A stretch of 64,000 nt of DNA from Eledone cirrhosa (taxonomy: Eukaryota). Each line of letters starts with the position of its first letter. Position 1 is the first letter of the stretch. The translations under genes were made by a program, and so were the position numbers. Below, piece after piece: positions 51,640 to 63,414 of this stretch. A model generated the notes under the pieces. It saw only the letters and a program-made list of their open reading frames with translations, made no database searches and was not told where the DNA came from. The stretch covers positions 28,954,001 to 29,018,000 of the forward strand of contig OZ024762.1 in the NCBI GenBank assembly GCA_964016885.1, read 5' to 3'.

Positions 51640-51777
51640 TCTGTAAATCAGGTAAATTTGGAGCCAACTGTGGCAACACATGTCACTGTGCTGACAACAG
51701 TAAATGTAACAAACAGACAGGTGTGTGTTCTAGTGGAGGATGTGCTGCTGGTTATGAAGGTAGCAACTGTCAGACAG
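51640..51777 (+). CDS. EGF-like exon 9 (138 bp)
   Basis: ATTTCCAG| ... CAG|GTATAT; CKSGKFGANCGNTCHCADNSKCNKQTGVCSSGGCAAGYEGSNCQT. Confidence 0.88.
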
Positions 51778-51792
51778 GTATATGGTGTAGTA

Positions 51793-53475
51793 ATTAACCC
51801 TTTCATTACCATATTTCTAATGAAAGACACTGTCTATGTCATTAACCCTTTCATTACCACATTTCTAATAAAAGACACTGTCTATGTCATTAACCCTTTC
51901 ATTACCACATTTCTAATGAAAGACACTGTCTATGTCATTAACCCTTTCATTACCATATTTCTAATGAAAGACACTGTCTATGTCAGAGGAGAGGAACCTT
52001 TTTACCATTAGAGGCCACATTTAAATTAGGCAGTAATAAAGGAGGCCGCATAAGTTGATATACCTATAAATGCGACTTTTGTGAAATTATTATAGTTTTT
52101 GTATAGTTTTATAGTCATTTATTATTTAACATAAAAAGTTACAACATAAAATATTTTTGTATTCACATAATTATAAAGAAATACAATAGAAAAATAATAA
52201 TATTAAGTTAAAAAAACTAATATAGCAAAAATACGTAAAATAATTTTAAAATCCGATGGAAAATTCAAGTTAGTCGGATATTTGCATTTGTTTCTTGCTT
52301 GAAAGTAATTGAATATTTGGATTAAGGTTTAATGACATAGACTATGTCATTAAACCTTTCATTACCAAGTTTCTACTTAAAGACACTGTCTCTGTCATTA
52401 ACCCTTTCATTACCATATCTCTACTTAAAGACACTGTCTATATCATTTAATCTTTCTTTACCATATTTCTACTTAAAGACACTGTCTATGTCATTAATCC
52501 TTTCATTACCATATTTCTACTTAAAGACACTGTCTATGTCATTAAACCTTTCATTACCATATTTCTACTTAAAGACACTGTCTATGTCATTAAACCTTTC
52601 ATTACCATATCTCTACTTAAAGACACTGTCTATGTCATTAACCCTTTCATTACCATATTTCTACTTAAAGACACTGTCTATGTCATTAAACCTTTCATTA
52701 CCATATTTCTACTTGAAGACACTGTCTATGTCATTAAACCTTTCATTACCAAGTTCCTACTTAAAGACACTGTCTATGTCATTAAACCTTTCATTACATA
52801 TTTCTACTTAAAGACACTGTCTATGTGATTAAACCTTTCATTACCATATTTCTACTTAAAGACACTGTCTATGTCATTAAACCTTTCATTACCATATTTC
52901 TACTTGAAGACACTGTCTATGTCATTAAACCTTTCATTACCAAGTTCCTACTTAAAGACACTGTCTATGTCATTAAACCTTTCATTACATATTTCTACTT
53001 AAAGACACTGTCTATGTCATTAAACCTTTCATTACATATTTCTACTTAAAGACACTGTCTATGTCATTAACCCTTTCATTACATATCTCTACTTAAAGAC
53101 ACTGTCTATGTCATTAAACCTTTCATTACCATATTTCTACTTAAAGACACTGTCTATGTCATTAAACCTTTCATTACCATATTTCTACTTAAAGACACTG
53201 TCTATGTCATTAAACCTTTCATTACCAAGTTCCTACTTAAAGACACTGTCTATGTCATTAAACCTTTCATTACATATTTCTACTTAAAGACACTGTCTAT
53301 GTAATTAAACCTTTCATTACATATTTCTACTTAAAGACACTGTCTATGTCATTAACATTTTCATTACATATCTCTACTTAAAGACACTGTCTATGTTATT
53401 AACCCTTTCATTACATATCTCTACTTAAAGACACTGTCTATATCATTAACCCTTTCATTACCATATTTCTACTTA
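51793..53475. repeat. 47/48-bp minisatellite in two blocks split by a ~350-bp AT-rich insertion (~51985-52340)
   Basis: About 4 original units, then ~24 variant units GTCATTAAACCTTTCATTACCATATTTCTACTTAAAGACACTGTCTAT. Confidence 0.92.
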
Positions 53476-53550
53476 ATCAAAAAGGTTAATAATTCTAAAT
53501 ATTATATCTTGAAATTGTTCAAACTGTTTACATTACATTTCATATTACAG

Positions 53551-53688
53551 CCTGTCACATTGGTAAATTTGGAGCTAACTGTAAACACACATGCCACTGT
53601 GCTGATAATAACAGGTGTAACAAACAGACAGGTATGTGTTCTAGTGGAGGATGTACTGCTGGTTATGAAGGTAGCAACTGTCAGACAG
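53551..53688 (+). CDS. EGF-like exon 10 (138 bp)
   Basis: ATATTACAG| ... CAG|GTAAGT; CHIGKFGANCKHTCHCADNNRCNKQTGMCSSGGCTAGYEGSNCQT. Confidence 0.92.
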
Positions 53689-54379
53689 GTAAGTGGTGTA
53701 GTATAGCTTTGTTTCTAACATGATATATTGAGTCAAGATGACAGTAGGTGTAACACACAGCTAGGTGTAACACAGAGACAGGTGTGTGTTTTAGTGGAAA
53801 GTGTAGTGCTGGTTATGAAGGTAACACCTGTGAGACAGGTAGATTTAAACTGTTTTGGAGCTACAATCATCATCATCATCATTTTACGTCTGCTTTTCCT
53901 TGCTTACAAGGGTGGGACGGAAACTGATTCTGGCTTGATTTCTACAGCTGGATGCCCTTCCTAACACCAGCCTCATTTACAGTGAGTATTGGGTGTTTTT
54001 TGCCGTGGCACCTCCAGGACCACTTTGCAGTGGAATGATATTGACCCCAGTCCCTATCATCTCATTTCTACAGCTGAGTAAACTGGAGCAATGTGAAATA
54101 AAGTGTCTTGCTCAAGGAAACAACACATCACCCGGTCTGAGAATTGAACTCACAACCTTTCGATTGCAAGGCCAATGCTCTAACTTCTAAGCTATGTGCT
54201 TACAATATAAAGGGGATATTATAGCCTCATGAATATATAGTATAACATTGGTATGGAGTGTAGAGAATCGGCAAGTATATAGACATAATATCGATGTTAC
54301 GGAAATCATATAGATTGTATAGATATAGTATGGATTATATATAGTTTAGGTCATACCACTGGAGTATAAAATAATATAA

Positions 54380-55095
54380 TAATGAAATTATTGTGTACAG
54401 TGCTCAGGTGCACTACAACTCATCAAAGGTGCATGTATAGTACATAGAATAATGTTTAAATGTCAGGAAAAGGAACAGTGTATGAGTCATGGAATACATG
54501 TGTGCGTGTGTATGGAAGGGGGGACATCAGGTGCAGTGTTGACGAATCTCAGGAAGCATAGAGGTTTTAAAGGATGCAGTGTCTCGACAGCTAACAACTG
54601 ATGCAGGTAGTTTATTCCATGGAGGTTTTAAAGGATGCAGTGTCTCGACAGCTAACAACTGATGCAGGTAGTTTATTCCATGGAGGTTGTAAAGGATGTA
54701 GTGTCTCGACAGCTAACAACTGATGCAAGTAGTTTGTTCCATGGAGGTTGTAAAGGATGTAGTGTCTCGACAGCTAACAACTGATCCAGGTAGTTTGTTC
54801 CATGGAGGTTTTAAAGGATGCAGTGTCTCGACAACTAACAACTGATGCAGGTAGTTTGTTCCATGGAGGTTTTAAAGGATGTAGTGTCTCGACAGCTAAC
54901 AACTGATGCAGGCAGTTTGTTCCATGGAGGTTTTAAAGGATGCAGTGTCTCGACAGCTAACAACTGATGCAGGTAGTTTGTTCCATGCTTCAGCAACTCG
55001 GAGCTTGAAAAAATGATTCCGAAAGTCATGGGAGCTGTGCTGTTTTCTGACTTTGTAGGCATATCCATGGGTGTTAGAAACATGGAAATTAAGAT
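54380..55095 (-). mobile_element. CR1-like LINE 3' fragment with a 61-bp tandem amplification (~54561-54987, ~7 copies)
   Basis: Minus peptide NTHGYAYKVRKQHSSHDFRNHFFKLRVAEAWNKLPASVVSCRDTASFK matches the CR1-group ORF2 C-terminus; the 3'UTR recurs at ~61390-61580 (+) ending in (ATT)n. Confidence 0.8.
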
Positions 55096-55351
55096 GATAC
55101 AAATATAGTTCAGATGATATAGATATAGTATAGATGACAACGCTATAATATAGATGATAGAATTGTGGTAGCTATCCCTTTCATCCCAACAGGGTTGATA
55201 AAATGAAGTACCAGTCACACACTGGGGTCGATTTAATTGATTTTCTCCTCCCCTAAAATTGCTGGCCTTGTGCCTAAATCAGAAAGCATTATCTTGTATA
55301 GTGTTATATGTTGTTGTTATTGTCATTGTTCTCATATTTTTATTTCCACAG

Positions 55352-55489
55352 TCTGTAGAAATGGAAAATTTGGAGCCAACTGTGGCAACACATGTTACTG
55401 TGCTGACAACAGTAAATGTAACAAACAGACAGGTGTGTGTTCTAGAGGAGGATGTACTGCTGGTTATGAAGGTAGAAACTGTCAGCCAG
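55352..55489 (+). CDS. EGF-like exon 11 (138 bp)
   Basis: TTTCCACAG| ... CAG|GTAAGC; CRNGKFGANCGNTCYCADNSKCNKQTGVCSRGGCTAGYEGRNCQP. Confidence 0.92.
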
Positions 55490-55574
55490 GTAAGCTTTGT
55501 TTGCTACTTAATATATTTAGTCAAGATGATAGTAGGTGTAAGACAGAGACAGGTGTGTGTTCCAGTGGAAGGTG

Positions 55575-58500
55575 TGTTCCTGGTTATAAGGTAGCAGCTG
55601 TCAGACAGGTGTGTTACAGTAGATGGTGTGGTCCTGGTTATAAAGTAGCACCTGTCAGACAGGTGTGTTACAGTAGATGGTGTGGTCCTGGTTATAAGGT
55701 AGCACCTGTCAGACAGGTGTGTTACAGTAGATGGTGTGGTCCTGGTTATAAGGTAGCAGCTGTCAGACAGGTGTGTTACAGTAGATGGTGTGGTCCTGGT
55801 TATAAAGTAGCACCTGTCAGACAGGTGTGTTACAGTAGATGGTGTGGTCCTGGTTATAAGGTAGCACCTGTCAGACAGGTGTGTTACAGTAGATGGTGTG
55901 GTCCTGGTTATAAGGTAGCAGCTGTCAGACAGGTGTGTTACAGTAGATGGTGTGGTCCTGGTTATAAAGTAGCACCTGTCAGACAGGTGTGTTACAGTAG
56001 ATGGTGTGGTCCTGGTTATAAGGTAGCACCTGTCAGACAGGTGTGTTACAGTAGATGGTGTGGTCCTGGTTATAAGGTAGCACCTGTCAGACAGGTGTGT
56101 TACAGTAGATGGTGTGGTCCTGGTTATAAGGTAGCAGCTGTCAGACAGGTGTGTTACAGTAGATGGTGTGGTCCTGGTTATAAAGTAGCACCTGTCAGAC
56201 AGGTGTGTTACAGTAGATGGTGTGGTCCTGGTTATAAGGTAGCAGCTGTCAGACAGGTGTGTTACAGTAGATGGTGTGGTCCTGGTTATAAAGTAGCACC
56301 TGTCAGACAGGTGTGTTACAGTAGATGGTGTGGTCCTGGTTATAAGGTAGCACCTGTCAGACAGGTGTGTTACAGTAGATGGTGTGGTCCTGGTTATAAG
56401 GTAGCACCTGTCAGACAGGTGTGTTACAGTAGATGGTGTGGTCCTGGTTATAAGGTATCATCTATCAGACAGGTGTGTTACAGTAGATGGTGTGGTCCTG
56501 GTTATAAGGTAGCACCTGTCAGACAGGTGTGTTACAGTAGATGGTGAAGTCCTGGTTATAAGGTAGCACCTGTCAGACAGGTGTGTTACAGTAGATGGTG
56601 TGGTCCTGGTTATAAGGTAGCACCTGTCAGACAGGTGTGTTACAGTAGATGGTGTGATCCTGGTTATAAGGTATCATCTATCAGACAGGTGTGTTACAGT
56701 AGATGGTGTGGTCCTGGTTATAAGGTATCATCTATCAGACAGGTGTGTTACAGTAGATGGTGTGGTCCTGGTTATAAGGTAGCAGCTGTCAGACAGGTGT
56801 GTTACAGTAGATGGTGTGGTCCTGGTTATAAAGTAGCACCTGTCAGACAGGTGTGTTACAGTAGATGGTGAAGTCCTGGTTATAAGGTAGCACCTGTCAG
56901 ACAGGTGTGTTACAGTAGATGGTGTGGTCCTGGTTATAAGGTAGCACCTGTCAGACAGGTGTGTTACAGTAGATGGTGTGGTCCTGGTTATAAGGTAGCA
57001 CCTGTCAGACACGTGTGTTACAGTAGATGGTGTGATCCTGGTTATAAGGTATCATCTATCAGACAGGTGTGTTACAGTAGATGGTGTGGTCCTGGTTATA
57101 AGGTAGCACCTGTCAGACAGGTGTGTTACAGTAGATGGTGAAGTTCTGGTTATAAGGTAGCACCTGTCAGACAGGTGTGTTACAGTAGATGGTGTGGTCC
57201 TGGTTATAAGGTAGCAGCTGTCAGACAGGTGTGTTACAGTAGATGGTGTGGTCCTGGTTATAAAGTAGCACCTGTCAGACAGGTGTGTTACAGTAGATGG
57301 TGAAGTCCTGGTTATAAGGTAGCACCTGTCAGACAGGTGTGTTACAGTAGATGGTGTGGTCCTGGTTATAATGTAGCACCTGTCAGACAGGTGTGTTACA
57401 GTAGATGGTGTGGTCCTGGTTATATGGTAGCAGCTGTCAGACAGGTGTGTTACAGTAGATGGTGTGATCCTGGTTATAAGGTAGCACCTGTCAGACAGGT
57501 GTGTTACAGTAGATGGTGTGGTCCTGGTTATAAGGTATCATCTATCAGACAGGTGTGTTACAGTAGATGGTGTGGTCCTGGTTATAATGTAGCACCTGTC
57601 AGACAGGTGTGTTACAGTAGATGGTGTGGTCCTGGTTATATGGTAGCAGCTGTCAGACAGGTGTGTTACAGTAGATGGTGTGGTCCTGGTTATAAGGTAG
57701 CACCTGTCAGACAGGTGTGTTACAGTAGATGGTGTGGTCCTGGTTATAAGGTAGCACCTGTCAGACAGTTGTGTTACAGTAGATGGTGTGGTCCTGGTTA
57801 TAAGGTAGCACCTGTCAGACAGGTGTGTTACAGTAGATGGTGTGGTGCTGGTTATAAAGTAGCACCTGTCAGACAGGTGTGTTACAGTAGATGGTGAAGT
57901 CCTGGTTATAAGGTAGCACCTGTCAGACAGGTGTGTTACAGTAGCTGCTGTGGTCCTGGTTATAATGTAGCACCTGTCAGGCAGGTGTGTTACAGTAGAT
58001 GGTGTGGTCCTGGTTATATGGTAGCAGCTGTCAGACAGGTGTGTTACAGTAGATGGTGTGATCCTGGTTATAAGGTAGCACCTGTCAGACAGGTGTGTTA
58101 CAGTAGATGGTCTGGTCCTGGTTATAAGGTATCATCTATCAGACAGGTGTGTTACAGTAGATGGTGTGGTCCTGGTTATAATGTAGCACCTGTCAGACAG
58201 GTGTGTTACAGTAGATGGTGTGGTCCTGGTTATATGGTAGCAGCTGTCAGACAGGTGTGTTACAGTAGATGGTGTGGTCCTGGTTATAAGGTAGCACCTG
58301 TCAGACAGGTGTGTTACAGTAGATGGTGTGGTCCTGGTTATAAGGTAGCACCTGTCAGACAGTTGTGTTACAGTAGATGGTGTGGTCCTGGTTATAAGGT
58401 AGCAGCTGTCAGACAGGTGTGTTACAGTAGATGGTGTGGTCCTGGTTATAAGGTAGCACCTGTCAGACACGTGTGTTACACTAGATGGTGTGATCCTGGT

Positions 58501-60580
58501 TATAAGGTATCATCTATCAGACAGGTGTGTTACAGTAGATGGTGTGGTCCTGGTTATAAGGTAGCACCTGTCAGACAGGTGTGTTACAGTAGATGGTGAA
58601 GTCCTGGTTATAAGGTAGCACCTGTCAGACAGGTGTGTTACAGTAGATGGTGTGGTCCTGGTTATAAGGTAGCAGCTGTCAGACAGGTGTGTTACAGTAG
58701 ATGGTGTGGTCCTGGTTATAAAGTAGCACCTGTCAGACAGGTGTGTTACAGTAGATGGTGAAGTCCTGGTTATAAGTTAGCACCTGTCAGACAGGTGTGT
58801 TACAGTAGATGGTGTGGTCCTGGTTATAATGTAGCACCTGTCAGACAGGTGTGTTACAGTAGATGGTGTGGTCCTGGTTATATGGTAGCAGCTGTCAGAC
58901 AGGTGTGTTACAGTAGATGGTGTGATCCTGGTTATAAGGTAGCACCTGTCAGACAGGTGTGTTACAGTAGATGGTGTTGTCCTGGTTATAAGGTATCATC
59001 TATCAGACAGGTGTGTTACAGTAGATGGTGTGGTCCTGGTTATAATGTAGCACCTGTCAGACAGGTGTGTTACAGTAGATGGTGTGGTCCTGGTTATATG
59101 GTAGCAGCTGTCAGACAGGTGTGTTACAGTAGATGGTGTGGTCCTGGTTATAAGGTAGCACCTGTCAGACAGGTGTGTTACAGTAGATGGTGTGGTCCTG
59201 GTTATAAGGTAGCACCTGTCAGACAGTTGTGTCACAGTAGATGGTGTGGTCCTGGTTATAAGGTAGCACCTGTCAGACAGGTGTGTTACAGTAGATGGTG
59301 TGGTGCTGGTCATAAAGTAGCACCTGTCAGACAGGTGTGTTACAGTAGATGGTGAAGTCCTGGTTATAAGGTAGCACCTGTCAGACAGGTGTGTTACAGT
59401 AGATGCTGTGGTCCTGGTTATAATGTAGCACCTGTCAGGCAGGTGTGTTACAGTAGATGGTGTGGTCCTGGTTATATGGTAGCAGCTGTCAGACAGGTGT
59501 GTTACAGTAGATGGTGTGATCCTGGTTATAAGGTAGCACCTGTCAGACAGGTGTGTTACAGTAGATGGTCTGGTCCTGGTTATAAGGTATCATCTATCAG
59601 ACAGGTGTGTTACAGTAGATGGTGTGGTCCTGGTTATAATGTAGCACCTGTCAGACAGGTGTGTTACAGTAGATGGTGTGGTCCTGGTTATATGGTAGCA
59701 GCTGTCAGACAGGTGTGTTACAGTAGATGGTGTGGTCCTGGTTATAAGGTAGCACCTGTCAGACAGGTGTGTTACAGTAGATGGTGTGGTCCTGGTTATA
59801 AGGTAGCACCTGTCAGACAGTTGTGTTACAGTAGATGGTGTGGTCCTGGTTATAAGGTAGCAGCTGTCAGACAGGTGTGTTACAGTAGATGGTGTGGTCC
59901 TGGTTATATGGTAGTACCTGTCAGACAGTTGTGTTACAGTAGATGGTGTGGTCCTGGTTATAAGGTAGCAGCTGTCAGACAGGTGTGTTACAGTAGATGG
60001 TGTGGTCCTGGTTATAAGGTATCATCTTTCAGACAGGTGTGTTACAGTAGATGGTGTGGTCCTGGTTATAAGGTAGCAGCTGTCAGACAGGTGTGTTACA
60101 GTAGATGGTGTGGTCCTGGTTATTAGGTAGCACCTGTCAGACAGGTGTGTTACAGTAGATGGTGTGGTCCTGGTTATAAGGTAGCACATGTCAGACAGGT
60201 GTCTTACAGTAGATGCTGTGGTCCTGGTTATAAGGTATCATCTATCAGACAGGTGTGTTACAGTAGAAGGTGTGGTCCTGGTTATAAGGTAGCAGCTGTC
60301 AGACAGGTGTGTTACAGTAGATGGTGTGATCCTGGTTATAAGGTAGCACCTGTCAGACAGGTGTGTTACAGTAGATGGTGTTGTCCTGGTTATAAGGTAT
60401 CATCTATCAGACAAGTGTGTTACAGTAGATAGTGTAGTCCTGGTTATAAGGTAGCACCTGTCAGACAGGTGTGTTACAGTAGATGGTGTGGTCCTGGTTA
60501 TAAGGTATCATCTGTCAGACAGGTGTGTTACAGTAGATGGTGTGGTCCTGGTTATAAGGTAGCACCTGTCAGACACGTGT
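55575..60580 (+). repeat. 54-bp minisatellite (~93 copies) derived from the 3' half of the EGF exon
   Basis: Unit ACAGGTGTGTTACAGTAGATGGTGTGGTCCTGGTTATAAGGTAGCACCTGTCAG aligns with exon ACAGGTGTGTGTTCTAGTGGAGGATGTGCTGCTGGTTATGAAGGTAGCAACTGTCAG. Confidence 0.95.
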
Positions 60581-60809
60581 GTGCTCTTTTGTAGTTCTAT
60601 TTCTTTAGAAAATCTACCAGACAAATGGATGAATGTCCTCTTCAGTCATGATGAAATGTATCCAGTAACATCTGAGAGGTCAGTAGCTCCGATTAAGTTC
60701 TGAGTCGGTCTCTGTTGACACATCCCACTCTTGGTTACAGGGGAAGTGAATGTTAAATGTTCATCATGAGGAAGATGTGAGTAGCAGGGGCAGTAGAGTT
60801 ACAGATTAA

Positions 60810-61021
60810 CCCTTTAGCATTTACACTACTTCATATACACTATTATATTTTCACAGTAAAGGCTTTATCTCATATAATTATCTCACATAATATCAAATCT
60901 ATGAGATTTTGATATTATCTATTTTGAGAACAATACCTTAACATAAGTATGAGCAGCCAGTTATGGCTGGTTTGAACAGAAAGAAGTGAGAGAATTGTGG
61001 CCGGTTTAAATTCTAAAGGTT
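60810..61021 (-). mobile_element. Short TTAA MITE copy, reverse orientation, no LINE inside
   Basis: TTAA|CCCTTTAGCATTTACAC... TAAATTCTAAAGGTT|TTAA; collinear with 6200-6636 minus the SINE. Confidence 0.8.
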
Positions 61022-61584
61022 TTAATGGGTTGTGATTTTGAGTTCTTTTTTAAAACGGTATTCAAATCCCACCAAAATCAACTTTTTCTGTCATACTTTT
61101 GGAGTAGATAGAATAATATAGCAGTGAAATACCATGCAATGGACTAGCATCCTGTCCAGGTGTGGGGAATACAGTGGACTCTGCTCAGTGTGATACCTAC
61201 CGACAGTTAGAAGGACTGGGCTGTTGAATATACAAAAACAAAAAATGTCTAAAGTGTGTCTCGAGTGCTGAGGGTCATCAGGCCAGTGCTATCTATGGCA
61301 TGAAGTGACTTAAAATACAAAACTTCCCCTGGACAGGGCACCAGTCCATCCCAAGGTTAAATCACCAGCTATTACTGGCACTGATCTCCAAGCTTCCTGA
61401 AATTCGCCAACACTACACCTGATATCCCTCCTCCATACACACGTACATATGTTTATCATGACTCATACACTGTTCATTTTCCTGACATTTGTTCATTATT
61501 CTATGCGCTTTACATGCACCTTTGATGAGTTATAGTGCACCTGAGCACTGTACACAATAATTTCACTATTATTATTATTATACT

Positions 61585-61900
61585 GGAGCGGTGGATTGTC
61601 AGTATTGGTAGAGAGTCGGACGCCATGCTTTGAAGCATAGAGTTACGTCCCTTTATGATCTGAGTTCAAATCCCACCAAGGTTAACTTTGCATTTCATCC
61701 TTACGGGGTCGATAAAATATAGTACCAGTAATGTACTGGGAAATTGCTGGCCTTGTGTCAAAAGTAGAAACAATTATTATTATACTGGAGCAACATGAAT
61801 GGAAATACTTTTGCTCAAGAACACAACACACAACCTAGTTGAGGAATAGAACTCACAACATTATGATTGTAAGTCCAACACCCTTACCACAAGGCCACAC
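61585..61900. mobile_element. Family-A SINE (+, ~61585-61775) followed by family-B SINE part (-, ~61780-61900)
   Basis: Matches 15461-15645 and 11960-12080 respectively. Confidence 0.7.
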
Positions 61901-61943
61901 AAATACACACCAAAATATATATTTGTTATTGATTGATTTGTAG

Positions 61944-62081
61944 GATGTAAGAGAGGAAAATTTGGACCAAACTGTCGAAACATGTGTCATTGTGCTGACA
62001 AGAGTAAATGTAAGCCACAGACTGGTAGCTGCTCTAATGGAGGATGTGCTCCTGGATATGAAGGTGGCAACTGTCAGACAG
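61944..62081 (+). CDS. EGF-like exon 12 (138 bp)
   Basis: GATTTGTAG| ... CAG|GTAAGT; CKRGKFGPNCRNMCHCADKSKCKPQTGSCSNGGCAPGYEGGNCQT. Confidence 0.92.
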
Positions 62082-62137
62082 GTAAGTGGTGTACTATCAT
62101 CATCATAAATATCATCATTGTTATTATCATCATCATC

Positions 62138-63365
62138 ACCACTACCACCACTACCACCACCACTACCACCACCACCACCACTACCACCACCACCAGCTCC
62201 ACCACTACCCCCACCACCACCACCACTACCACCACCACTACCACACCACCACCACTACCACCACTACCACCACTACCCCCACCACCACCACCACTACCAC
62301 CACTACCACACCACCACCACTACCACCACTACCACCACCACCATCACCACCACCACTACCACCACTGCCATTACCACCCCCACACCACTACTACCACAAA
62401 CACTACCACCACCACCACCACCACTACCATCACCACCACCACTACCATCATCACCATCATCACCACCACCACCACTACCACCACTGCCATTACCACCACC
62501 ACTACCACCACTGCCATTACCACCACCACTACCACCACTGCCACTACCACCACCACCACCACTACTACCACCACCACCACTACCACCACTGCCACTACCA
62601 CGACCACCACCACCACCACTACCTCCACTACCAACACCACCACTACCACCACCACTACCACCACCACCACCTCCACCACCACCACCACTACCACCACTAC
62701 CACCACCACCACCACCACCACCACCACTACCACCACCACCACCACTGCCACTACCACCACAACTACCACCACCACCACCACCACCACCACTACAACCACC
62801 ATCACCACTACCACCACCAACACTACCACCACCACTACCATCACCACCACCAATGCCACCACCACTACCACCACCACTACCACTACTACCACCACCACCA
62901 CTACCACCACTGCCACTACCACGACCACCACCACCACCACTACCTCCACTACCAACACCACCACTACCACCACTACCACCACCACCTCCACCACCACCAC
63001 CACTACCACCACCACCACTACCACCACCACCAGCACTACCACCACCACCACTACCACCACCACCAGCACTACCACCACCACCACTACCACCACCACCACT
63101 ACCACTACTACCACCACCACCACCACCACAACCATCACCAACACTACCACCACCATCACCACTACCACTACCACCACTGCCACTACCACTACCACCACTG
63201 CCATTACCACCACCACCCTACCACCACTACCACCACCACCACCACTGCCACTACCGCCACCACCACCACATCCACTACCGCCACCACCACCACCACATCG
63301 ACCACCACCACCACTACCACCACCACCATCACCACCACCTCCACTACCACCACCACCACCACTAT
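62138..63365. repeat. (ACC/ACT)n trinucleotide tract, ~1.2 kb
   Basis: ACCACCACTACC...; gives poly-Thr, poly-Pro, poly-His and poly-Val frames. Confidence 0.95.
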
Positions 63366-63414
63366 TGTTGATGATGGTTGCTGTTGTAGTTATTGATGTT
63401 TACTGTTATTCTTG

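Larger units (their letters stand above)
6872..62081 (+). other. Partial multi-exon gene: lectin-like domain followed by a tandem EGF-like repeat ectodomain (MEGF10/SREC/receptor-PTP-like); both ends outside the window
   Basis: All exons below have AG/GT boundaries, are phase 1 and join in one open frame; no start, transmembrane or terminal exon seen. Confidence 0.85.

Noticed and set aside
42974-53049. MKDTVYVINPFITIFL-repeat and SRPHSYAVS-repeat ORFs
   Set aside because: Translations of the 48-bp and 31-bp minisatellites; the N-termini are EGF exons read in the wrong frame.
60620-61290. Additional hammerhead cores (minus-strand CUGAAGA near 60640 and CUGAUGA near 61278)
   Set aside because: No correctly placed GAAA after a helix II.
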